Shown here piece by piece: positions 28,056 to 39,612 of a stretch of 64,000 nt of DNA. Made by a program: the position numbers and the translations under genes. Source of the DNA: Octopus bimaculoides (taxonomy: Eukaryota); NCBI RefSeq assembly GCF_001194135.2, contig NC_068991.1, forward strand, positions 35,668,038-35,732,037, given 5' to 3'. The notes under the pieces were generated by a model. That model ran no database searches, had not been told where the DNA came from, and worked only from the letters and a program-made list of their open reading frames with translations. Numbering within the stretch: position 1 is the first letter of the stretch; each line of letters opens with the position of its first letter.

Positions 28056-28223
28056 CTGAAGTAGCAACACTAGCTGGTTGAAAATGCATGTCAAACCCTC
28101 GCAAATATATATATTTTTTGTGAAAACAGATTCACTGATTACAAAAATTAGAAATGATCTAATCATAAATCTCACAGAGAGAATTAATCAGCAGTGTTAC
28201 GATGAAGCATTTGTATACTGTCA

Positions 28224-28264
28224 ACTCAATGAGACAGTCCCAATAAGGGACTGTCACATTGAGT
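28224..28264. other. 18-bp stem / 5-nt loop hairpin
   Basis: actcaatgagacagtccc-aataa-gggactgtcacattgagt (one mismatch). Confidence 0.9.
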
Positions 28265-29499
28265 CTTTATTATACTTTGCCTACTTAAGTAAAGGATAAG
28301 TGAAGGGTATTTCTTTAAAAAGTTATTCATGAAAGAGCAGCTTACTCTCTAGAAAGAGATCAGTCCTTCAATTCTTAACTGTTATAATCTGGACATAATT
28401 CTAGTTCTAAGACTTATAAGACTTCGGAGTTCGTTAAAAATAATGGACAATACCTGAGTATACTCACTGTGATCAATGTAGTGATAGTTGTTTGGAAGAA
28501 TTCCACTAAATGTACAATAAGACCATTCGGGGAATTTGACATTGTCCTTCATACTTATAATTCAATTTTTAACTTATTTCAAAAAGAGCTGGAGCCATGC
28601 TGCAAAAAGATCAAGAAACTTATCGTTGCAGATAACCTGAACACCGAAAATATTTTAGAGAGATAAATATGTAGTGCAGAGTACTACAGAACATAAAAAA
28701 GACTTCAGAAGCAGACGCATAAAAAGCAGTAGCTATGGAATCCATGATAAATGGTGATTAAGTAAACATATGTGAGAGAAATTATCTGGCTGTAATATTG
28801 ATGGAGGTTATAAATAAGGTTCGGCCGGATTTGCACATTACCAATATGTCTCGAACGGGAATGAAATAGTTGGAAGGAGATGAGAACGGAAATGATAAAT
28901 TTGGCATGTAATTATATAATCGTAAAATACAAAAAAAAAAAGCAACATTTGCAAAGAGAAGAAATATATCAAGAACCAGAAGGAAAAATAGAAGAAAGAA
29001 TACTTAAAGAAAGGAATGATAAAAATGAGCCTCAGGGCTTTGACTGACATGTAATTTGAGTAGGAATTGTAATTTGAGTAGGAACTAATCTCCGAGTGGT
29101 AGAGAAAATCGCAATTCTTTGAAATTAAAATGAAATTATATAGCGAACATGTTTATGCTGGAATGCAAAAGAATCACGTATAGAGAAACATAACATCAAC
29201 GAACAGACACAAAATAATCCAGAAAAAGCTTTTTCTTGATCAATATTGTGTTTAACTGAAATATATCAGAGGCATTATATCTCACAGAAGTGAGGATATT
29301 TTGGCAGTCATTTCCAGAAATGTTATCCCAATTAACAAATAAGAGTTTCGGATTACCTTTTACATACTATTTTCCCCACCAAATATTTGATATTAGATTT
29401 CCTTAATTTTAAAGATAACTTGATCGCAACTCCAATATTTATATTATGTCTTCCATGGATCTAACTGTTAGCGACGTAGTATTGTAGTTGTTACTGATA

Positions 29500-30500
29500 T
29501 TATTGTTATAACAGAACATGGCGTCGAATTTTTCGGAAAATTGCCAAGGGAGTGAAACCAGAGATTTGAACAACTGTTTTATCACCGACTTTCCATCTCT
29601 CCAACAAAGCTCCTTCCTCTCTACAGCTATTACCACCACCAATACCGAACGAAACAAAAGTAGCAACGACAAATGAGGAAAACAATAGCAACAAGGAAAC
29701 TGAAAATAACAATAAAAATGAAACCGCCCTCGAAAGTCCAATTTTCCATTCAACACACCTGGAAGTTGTATCTCCAGACCAACAAATACCATTAACGCTA
29801 ATACACAAAATGAAAACCAAACTTGCAAATCTAGCGCTAGCAGTTTCGCTGAAGCAAAAAGTATCCTCCTGAGGTACGGACGAAATGTTGTACTGAACAT
29901 ATCAGAATCAAATTAGCAACAAACATTTGTATAGAAATAGAACAGGCGACACGGCAGCTGACTGAAAAGTTCCACAGACTAACCTGGGGTAGCAAAACAT
30001 AAATAGCCAGAGGAAGAAAGGACAGCACAATAGAAGTGAGATTCTTTACAATAGAAGTGAGAATGAGTTGACAAAGCACTCCATAGCAATCCCAAGGGGT
30101 GAAAAACAGGTCTTTATCCCAACATATTTTGGTCGCATAGCAGTTCAAAAAAAATATCTAATGTGTCGCCAGAAATAAACGCTGGTTGGTGAAAGTCATC
30201 TTTTTGAGATAGAGGGCAAAACCAAGTCTAGAGGTACAAATGCTGCAAAACCAAAATTGGGCAGGCCATGGGATGGAGTTATTGATACAAACGGATCACT
30301 AAAGTATAAAAGCTATGCTGAACTTGTTAAATCTGCCAAACAGCACAACACTATAAGTAGCCGTTGACGGCAGGAGATCAAGTTGTCACTTGTGCGGTGA
30401 CACAAACCACCTCAAAGCTTTCTGTCCACAGCAAAGGAAAGAAGACCACCAGCTCTACCGATACTCGCACCACCACCACAACAACAGCACCAATAGGAAA
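29500..30500 (+). mobile_element. Older decayed copy of the same ORF1/zinc-knuckle family (copy 3)
   Basis: ARGRKDSTIEVRF...IPTYFGRIAVQKKISNVSPEINAGW...WAGHGMELLI...LNLPNSTTL*VAVDGRRSSCHLCGDTNHLKAFCP aligns motif by motif with ORF 62471..63259. Confidence 0.8.
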
Positions 30501-30870
30501 AACAGTTGTGCAAATATCAATAATATCAATTCCAACACAGGGACACAAACTAAAATTTATGTCGGATCTTGTGAATCCAGATTTAAAATTCGCCTGAACA
30601 ACCCAGATCTTCTTTCAGTGTCCCGGAAAGACGCAAGACAACAACACTTGGAGCATACGTATGGCGCCTAAAGGACGATCATACGCCCTTTAACATCAGG
30701 TGGAAATTATTGGAAACTTGTGGACCCTATCGTAATGGAACAAGACTGTGTAAATTGTGTTTGGCAGTAAGATTTATAATTCTCATGAACTCACATGAGC
30801 CAGGAGGCCGTGGGGAGTTGTCCACATTTTCGGAAATTTTTACTTCCAAATTGTAAGATCTAGCTATCAA
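30500..30870 (+). mobile_element. Penelope-like GIY-YIG endonuclease C-terminal fragment (different family from 8940-11495)
   Basis: TKIYVGSCESRFKIRLNN, then after a frameshift TTLGAYVWRLKDDHTPFNIRWKLLETCGPYRNGTRLCKLCLAVRFIIL, and CPHFRKFLL. Confidence 0.85.
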
Positions 30871-31221
30871 GCGAAGGAAGACNNNNNNNNNNNNNNNNNN
30901 NNNNNNNNNNNNNNNNNNNNNNNNNNNNNNNNNNNNNNNNNNNNNNNNNNNNNNNNNNNNNNNNNNNNNNNNNNNNNNNNNNNNNNNNNNNNNNNNNNNN
31001 NNNNNNNNNNNNNNNNNNNNNNNNNNNNNNNNNNNNNNNNNNNNNNNNNNNNNNNNNNNNNNNNNNNNNNNNNNNNNNNNNNNNNNNNATGTTTTTTTTT
31101 TCTAAACTTACGTTACACATACACAAGTAAATAACTGCTCTATGTTTTATAGGGTATACTCTTCTCCTGATTTATGATATTGTAACGAATATATATATAT
31201 ATATATATATATATAATGTGT

Positions 31222-31440
31222 GTGTGTGAGTATTTGTGTGTCTGTGTTTGTCTCCCATCATCGCTTGACAACCGATGCTGGTGTGTTTACGTTCCCGTAA
31301 CTTAGTGGTTTGGCAAAAGATACTGATAGAATAAGTACTAAGCTTACAAAGAATAAGTTCTGGGGTCGATTTGTTTGACTAAAACGCAATGCTCCAGCAC
31401 GGCCGCGGTTAAATAACTGAAACAAGTATAAAGAAAAAAA
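31222..31440 (+). mobile_element. SINE family B, 3' half
   Basis: catcgcttgacaaccgatgctggtgtgtttac...gctccagcacggccgc...actgaaacaagt matches 36030-36245. Confidence 0.9.
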
Positions 31441-33657
31441 AGAAAATAAGAGGATAGCCTGATGTTAAGATGGCAGTAAAAAGGTGTTTGCTGCTATGTA
31501 CATTTAAAAATATTTTGACACTGTATACGGATTTAAATACTTTTGGGATTACATAAACAATATTTTACTTAGGTTATGAGCAATTCCCATGAGTACTATT
31601 TTTAAAGTTTCTTTCATTTTTAGATTTCCTGGTATCTGAACTTTTTCTATCATAACTAATTATGTGATTAGCAATTGTTAAGCTATTTCTATGTCCCAAC
31701 TGAAATTGCAATAGCATTTAAACGTTGTATACCTATCTTTTCCGTTACTTGGATTCCAGATGAGTCAAACATGCAATCCTTTGGGATTGGATTTAGAAAA
31801 CACGACAGGAAATTGCCTTTTCTTCAGAAAAGATTTCTAATTTTTTCATTGGCACAAAGGAAATATGCGCCATTGCTTAATTATGTTAAAATTTCCGAAA
31901 TGGTTTATTAATTTCAATTAATAAATCAGTGGTTTGATAAAGTAAATCTTCTGAATTAATAAGAAAGAGCTCATATGAACCTTGGTAACCAACGTTAGCT
32001 TGTCTCGATTCAAACGAAGACGCAGTGAAATATAAAAATACTGGACTTAAATTAAATAGATTGGATTGAAAAACAAAGTTTATTTTAAAATAATCTCATT
32101 CGGAAATGGGTTTTTCAGTCTCAGTAGTGAATAATTTCGTATCTTTTAGGAGATTTTGCTGTCATACATCTAATCCAGAGATACCTAGAAGCAAATAACA
32201 AATAACAGGTCTATAGACGACCGTATCAACATTTGTGTATGTACGTATGAATATATGTAATCATAGTTATACATATACATGTATTTATATAAAGAGAACA
32301 TAATTATTTGAGAAAGCAATTAATCAATCAATTAAATAATTTACTAATTAAATACTTATCAATTAATTGATAATAAAAACGGAAATGAAATATAACTGAC
32401 TCCATGACTCTCTCAAAGTACAAAATATCTATTTTTATACTCGCTTTCAAATCAAGAGTCTCACACGCACGCACGCACATACATTAAGTTGGAATGAAAG
32501 ACCAGTCGCAATTTTGACACGATCAATTTAATGTTACTTTTTCAATATTTTGGTAAAAATATACCTGGACTTTTACATCATAATGCTTCTTTTTTTCTTT
32601 GCAGATTACTTTATACCATAGTGGTTAAATTCATATCGATTTTATTCTTTTTACACGAGGTTGGATCAGACCCATTTCAAACACTGCATGCTACATGAAT
32701 TCTAAGTAGGCCATTCCTCAAAGGAAGCAGCAAGAAATATTCGTTCTCTCTTAGTAAATGAAGTGTCTGGACTTAGCCAGTTTCGCTAAGAAAATTTTCT
32801 CTCACAGATACCCTTCGATATAGAATCATCACAAGTGATGAAAACTGGATTCTCTATTATCATATCCAACAACTACGACAATGGTTAGCACCCAATGAAA
32901 AGGAAAATCCTTCCCCAAACTCGAAACAATTATGCAAACAACTTGCTATCAGTTGAAAGTTATGTGCTATCAGTTGAAAGTTATGCATACCGGATGCTAT
33001 CAAACTTATGGGGTCATCAAGAGAGAATGTGCGCCGTTGCGGGCCTTTTTGTCGACAGCATTATTGCTTACTGAAACGATCAACTGGCTGCTAGGTTTTG
33101 CAAGATCAACTGGCTGCTAGGTTTTGCTCAATATTCTACCCATTGCTTATCGTCTCTTTTTATTCAAATTCAATGGCTTGCTTTCACCACTATTGCATAG
33201 ATATCACTCATGATTGTATTTGCTTTACAATGATTTGGGCATAGCGCTAACAACAATTATACTACGTACGTTTATGTGTATTTATCAACTGCATAGCTTC
33301 AGTCAAGTCAATAATCATCCCAACTTATAATTCGCTACTGGAATACTATGAAGACGTATTTTTTGTTATTTTTCTAAGTCAGCTTTTTTTCTCTCTTTAA
33401 TATATAGAGACCACGTCGTTCCTTCGCCATTTCCTGATTGATTAATATATTATTTGATATGAACAACTAATATATATTTTGTATCTAAACTAGTAACAGT
33501 CTTTAGTTCACCAGCGGTTGAGGAACTGAATAGCCATGAAACATCTAGGGGTCCCACAAAGTAACTTGTGAATATAATAAGGTTCGAAAATCGATTAAGG
33601 TTGTTCATTTTTTCAGTCTGCGGAAAAATGGCAAAAATTTACCCTGTTTATAATTAT

Positions 33658-33667
33658 ACCACACACA

Positions 33668-33751
<84 letters not shown>

Positions 33752-33768
33752 TGTATGTATGTATGTAT
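33658..33768. repeat. (CA)n/(TATG)n microsatellite
   Basis: Direct reading. Confidence 0.95.
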
Positions 33769-34040
33769 GCAGGCGTGGCTGCGTGGTAAGAGATTTGCTT
33801 CCCAACCACATAGTTCTGGGTTCAGACCAACTGCGTCGAACCTTGGGCATGTGTGACCTATTATAGCCTCGGGCCGACCAGAGCCTTGTAAGTGGATTTC
33901 GTAGACGGAAACCGAAAGATGCCCGTGGTATAAATATATCTATATGTGTGTGTGTGCATCTGCGTTTGTCCCCCGCCATCGCTGACAACCGATGCTGGTG
34001 TGTTTATGTCCCCGTATCTTAGCAGTTCGGCAAAAGACTC
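33769..34040 (+). mobile_element. SINE family B, 3'-truncated
   Basis: tRNA-like head with A-box tggctgcgtgg and B-box ggttcagacc; internal (TA)(TG) tract. Confidence 0.9.
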
Positions 34041-35175
34041 TCCAGAAGTTTATCATTTAAATATATATGAGCATGTCTAGATATGCAACTATATGCATGA
34101 GAGTACATACATAAAGCAAAACATACAAATCTGTACATATACATACATACAAACAAAAATACTCTGTTGTTGATGTTGAAATTCCAGTGAAGGAGCCTTG
34201 AATCTAGGTTAGAAACCGGCTCTTTCTCTGTTGGCAAGAAATCTTGAAATAGAACTGAACAATGACATACATACATACATACATACATATAGAAGCCGAA
34301 AATAATACAATGTGAATAGAAAATGTATCAAAAGAAAGTAGAGGACAACTCCGACAGCAAGTAAATGAATGGATAGACTAAAGTTAAACCGTTTATTTAA
34401 GATTTTCTCGTTAATATCATACTCTATAATCACATCTTATCAAGACAATGTCAGCTTTTGTATTTAAAAGCATTTAGCCGAAAAGAATCCTACTTTCTAT
34501 TTATTTCTGTCATAATTAGAAGGCAAAGAAAAAACAAAACAAACAAGAAAGAAGATATCGTATATATTATTTCGTTTAAGTGCTATGGTTTATAAAAATA
34601 ACGGATAATTATATATGTACGAATGATCAAAAGGCTTTTGCAAACATTTCAGAAGCTTGCACAACAGATATACCCATTATTTATAATTTACTTTAATCGT
34701 AGTTTATTTAATTTTGTATCAATACAGTTTCAGCGTAATACGATTGAAGAGATATAGCAAGTAATAAAAGTAATTATTTCTACCTAGTCTAAAATATGGA
34801 AATAAAAAAACTTCATTGGAGGCTAATGTCGTTTTGATAAATTTACGTACTGCATTCATTCTAGATTATATTCATTTTTTACCTTAAATCCTGTTTGCGG
34901 TATATCCCAACATAGGATTATTTTCTTAAATTCCATTGAAACTGCGATGTCTCAAACCTCAATCGATAATAGAAAAAACATAAAAAGAAATTTAACTCTA
35001 TATAGTTTATTGTTTATAAGCTCATGTTTGTTAATTTATCAACTACATCTCTATCTCTAATTTTTTCCAGCCAGTTATTGTTTTTTTTTCATGTTTATGC
35101 ACGTGCATTTATATAAGTTTATAAATACATACAGATAAATGTCACTCCAAATCAACCCATCCGTCCATCCATCCA

Positions 35176-35212
35176 TTCACCTACCTACCTACCTACCTAC
35201 CTACCTACCTAC
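35176..35212. repeat. (CCTA)n microsatellite
   Basis: Direct reading. Confidence 0.9.
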
Positions 35213-35276
35213 CCAGTTATTTGTAAAATACACGTTGAGACAAATCATTAATAACACATAATTCGACGCTCAGGAG

Positions 35277-35311
<35 letters not shown>

Positions 35312-35315
35312 TCAT

Positions 35316-35351
<36 letters not shown>

Positions 35352-35355
35352 TTTT

Positions 35356-35398
<43 letters not shown>
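35277..35398. repeat. (CTTT)n microsatellite
   Basis: Direct reading. Confidence 0.95.
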
Positions 35399-35399
<1 letters not shown>

Positions 35400-35759
35400 A
35401 CGCTATAACATTTATTAGTAAGTTACGGCTGTTTTGATAATTAGTGGAAACGTTACACCAATTAATATACTGGGTTATATAAGTAAGAATAATTATGTAA
35501 AACCATATAGCATTAATTAAAAGGTTTCATTAATCTTTACATCAAACTGCCGTAAAGGTAATACGAGTGTGTATAGTTGGATTTGGTTAAATAAATACAT
35601 TGAGAAAGTGAGGCTTAGAAGATCAGAGTAAGAGATTAAACAGCAAATTGTTATACTATCAAAGAAGCACCTAAGTGCAAGGGCCATGAAGTCAAAGTGT
35701 CAACTTAATTCTAATTCGTTCCATCTATTGCAAACTGGTAGGACGACCAGCCGACAGAT

Positions 35760-36245
35760 GTAGTGGTAAGTAGCTTGCTTACCGACCGCATGGTTTCGGG
35801 TTCAGTCCTACTGCGTGGCACCTTGGACAAGTGTCTTCTACTATAGCCTTGGGCAGACCAAAGCCTTGTGAATGGATTTGGTAGACGGAAACCGAAAGAA
35901 GCCCGTCGTATATATATATATATATATATATATATATNNNNNNNNNNNNNNNNNNNNNNNNNNNNNNNNNNNNNNNNNNNNNNNNNNNNNNNNNNNNNNN
36001 NNNNNNNNTGTGTGTGTGTGTGTGTGTGTGTGTGTATTTGAGTGTCTGTGTTTGTCTCCAACATCGCTTGACAACCGATGCTGGTGTGTTTACGTCCCCG
36101 TAACTTAGCGGTTTGGCGAAAGACATCCGATAGGATAAGTACTAGGCTTACAGAGAATAAGTACTGGGGTCGATTTGCTCGACTAAAGGCGGTGCTCCAG
36201 CATAGCCGCAGTCAAATGACTGAAACAAGTAAAAGAATAAAAGAA
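35760..36245 (+). mobile_element. SINE family B, full-length, spanning a gap in its internal microsatellite
   Basis: Head gtggtaagtagcttgct...ggttcagtcc, body, and 3' end aaggcggtgctccagca...gaaacaagtaaaagaataaaag. Confidence 0.9.
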
Positions 36246-36358
36246 TGTATACTAACAGAGAGGTAAACAGATTAAGATATAAGGTGGAGCTATTGAAAAG
36301 ACGATAGTTTACAGCTATATTCTCGGAAGTATTATTAATAAATAGGTGGAAGAATATA

Positions 36359-36390
<32 letters not shown>

Positions 36391-36400
36391 NNNNNNNNNN

Positions 36401-36434
<34 letters not shown>

Positions 36435-37715
36435 AGAAAAACTGAGACATAGATAAGATTTGAAAGAAGCACAATTAGAATAAAGTTACAGAATAAAGTC
36501 CGCTACCATGATTATGGGTAGATATCATGTGATCATTTACAATTGAAATTAAATAAATTTGCAAGTTACACAATAAATAATTTGTTATGTAGGAAATAAT
36601 TTAAGCATGAAGTATTAGGATGTAAGAGGGTATTTTATAGAGAATCTCCTGTGATAAAGTTGGAGGAACATAAAGCGAGAATATATGATCAATAATTACG
36701 CATATAAATTAGATAAGACTTAAGTTTAACAACTTATAATGCTCGTATAGAACATATTACAGCTAGCCTACTTTCTTTGTATGGAAGTGTAGTACGTATA
36801 ATTTACCACGAAACTGAGATTCTAGATAAAAACACAAATCAAACGCATAACAACTATCGAGTATCAATCTTCCCTTTACACTAGATGTGCTAATGCACTT
36901 AGATGCTTCATGCTCTTAAGTTCTTAATTAGCGTTTCCCAAAGCCCATGGGCATAATTAGTTCTTTAACGTTCATAAGCTTATTGTTACTTAATCATGCA
37001 AAGATAATATGGCTTCAAGCACCACGCACTACAACAGAAAGGAAGAAACAATATATACTCAAACAAACTTCGTCCCATAACCCAGCCTGTACCTCTCGAA
37101 AGTCCACAGCTGAATACTGGAAGGATTTTGCACAACAAAGGTTGTGGCCTATGGAGTTACACGCACACCGTCTGATGGTCATTAAGCGTTCTGTTGGGTG
37201 CGCCAACGATTTTGCCAGACCAATGCCTTGCAGCAATAACTATACAGATAATACACCTAATACTATGTATACCAGTTGGTATCAAAATTACTGTCGTATA
37301 TATAATCAATGTCTTTCAAATAATTAATATAAATAATAAAGATAAATTAATATAAATGCTCTCTTATTACATAGGCGCCACAGTGTTTAAATTCAAACTC
37401 AGATACATAGTCATATACATTCTTTTATTAATAAAAGGTAAGTTCTAGGCACTACACTAGCTAAATTTATCTAATATCTCAGAGTATTTGTGTGCATGTA
37501 TGTATGTATGTATGTATTATACTGAAACAAATATTATTGACTGTGGCTTCGTAGTTTTGGATAGCTAAGAAAGCTAGCCGAAACATCGAGGTTACTGCTG
37601 ATAATATTGTTGTTTAAGAATAATAAATTTGCACACAACAAAAGTATAGTGTAACCCTTTAGATTAAATTAAAATTGTTTTTATTATAACTGAAGATAAC
37701 AGCAAGCATATATAT

Positions 37716-37746
<31 letters not shown>

Positions 37747-38212
37747 CATACATACATACATACATACATCTATATGTATGTATGCATGTATGTGTGTATG
37801 AATGTATGCATGTATGTATGCACACACATACCTATATACACATATATAAAGAGCACAAATGGGGTTTGAAATTTATGACACCTGTTTCGGGGGAATTTAT
37901 TGATGTTTTTATAAATCACGTCATGGCATAACATCCGCCATCTTCAGGCAAAATTTCAAATAGGCATGAAATAGGCGAGGTAATTTCTTGATCATGACGA
38001 ATCCAAGCAACATTGTTCTTGTATTACTAACGCCACACCTAGATTCAACCTTGAATCGGGTCTGCGGTCTAAACTGGATTTGGTATATACAGTATCCTAC
38101 CAACATTTGAAACATTGTTGTTTTACCAAATTTAGAAACCTATGTTAAGGTACATAGCCATATCTGGCATCTTAAGTATCGATGTTCCTAGGTTCTAGTG
38201 AATCATGTACCT

Positions 38213-38213
38213 A

Positions 38214-38287
<74 letters not shown>

Positions 38288-38290
38288 ATC
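38213..38290. repeat. (TATC)n microsatellite
   Basis: Direct reading. Confidence 0.95.
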
Positions 38291-39552
38291 CATTCACGAC
38301 TACCTACACACCCATAACCCTATTGCTAAAATTAACTCTACAGCCACTGACCTTAGCCAGAATAGACACAAGCATTTACTGCTAGATTTCTTCACCCATC
38401 TTTATAGGCGAGAAGAATACCACTGGCACCTACTACTCTCTTTAAATTCCTTTCATTTTGCTCTATTTTGTTTATTTTTTACGTTATCTTCCTCTGCCCC
38501 TCCCCCACTCTGTTATCTTCTTGGCTATCTTTGAAAACACACGAAGAGTTAACTAGATTTAACTGGCTACGATATCAGAGATCAATGAGTCATTAAACAA
38601 TCATCGCATATAAAACAATAAGCACTGATGCCTAACTCTGAGGGCTAATCCACATCTTGTGGTATTTTTTCTCCGGACTAAATTTTTTAATCAGCTAAAG
38701 AAAACGGTTTTTTCATGATGTAATCGAACTATTCATCAATAAAAAATGCATCTGAAACAGTTGTAGTGAACCTTTAACCCATTTGTATTCATATTTTATA
38801 CAATCGCTGGACCTGGAATCTCCCCTATGTTTGATCTAGAACTTGCATTGTATCGTGAACTTACATGCGTCTTTGTATATATATATATATATNNNNNNNN
38901 NNNNNNNNNNNNNNNNNNNNNNNNNNNNNNNNNNNNNNNNNNNNNNNNNNNNNNNNNNNNNNNNNNNNNNNNNNNNNNNNNNNNNNNNNNNNNNNNNNNN
39001 NNNNNNNNNNNNNNNNNNNNNNNNNNNNNNNNNNNNNNNNNNNNNNNNNNNNNNNNNNNNNNNNNNNNNNNNNNNNNNNNNNNNNNNNNNNNNNNNNNNN
39101 NNNNNNNNNNNNNNNNNNNNNNNNNNNNNNNNNNNNNNNNNNNNNNNNNNNNNNNNNNNNNNNNNNNNNNNNNNNNNNNNNNNNNNNNNNNNNNNNNNNN
39201 NNNNNNNNNNNNNNNNNNNNNNNNNNNNNNNNNNNNNNNNNNNNNNNNNNNNNNNNNNNNNNNNNNNNNNNNNNNNNNNNNNNNNNNNNNNNNNNNNNNN
39301 NNNNNNNNNNNNNNNNNNNNNNNNNNNNNNNNNNNNNNNNNNNNNNNNNNNNNNNNNNNNNNNNNNNNNNNNNNNNNNNNNNNNNNNNNNNNNNNNNNNN
39401 NNNNNNNNNNNNNNNNNNNNNNNNNNNNNNNNNNNNNNNNNNNNNNNNNNNNNNNNNNNNNNNNNNNNNNNNNNNNNNNNNNNNNNNNNNNNNNNNNNNN
39501 NNNNNNNNNNNNNNNNNNNNNNNNNNNNNNNNNNNNNNNNNNNNNNNNNNNN

Positions 39553-39612
<60 letters not shown>

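Noticed and set aside
28466-28545. Minus-strand exon candidate DNVKFPEWSYCTFSGILPNNYHYIDH with a GTGAGT donor
   Set aside because: It is phase-compatible with exon 3760, but there is no convincing acceptor before the upstream stop.
37010-37300. Faint resemblance to a Merlin/IS1016 transposase (NFVP...AEYW)
   Set aside because: Requires frameshifts, no TIRs were found, and the similarity is too weak to call by eye.
37915-37960. Minus-strand CTGAAGA-TGGC...GCCA hammerhead-like start
   Set aside because: GAAA is absent and stem I is unsupported.
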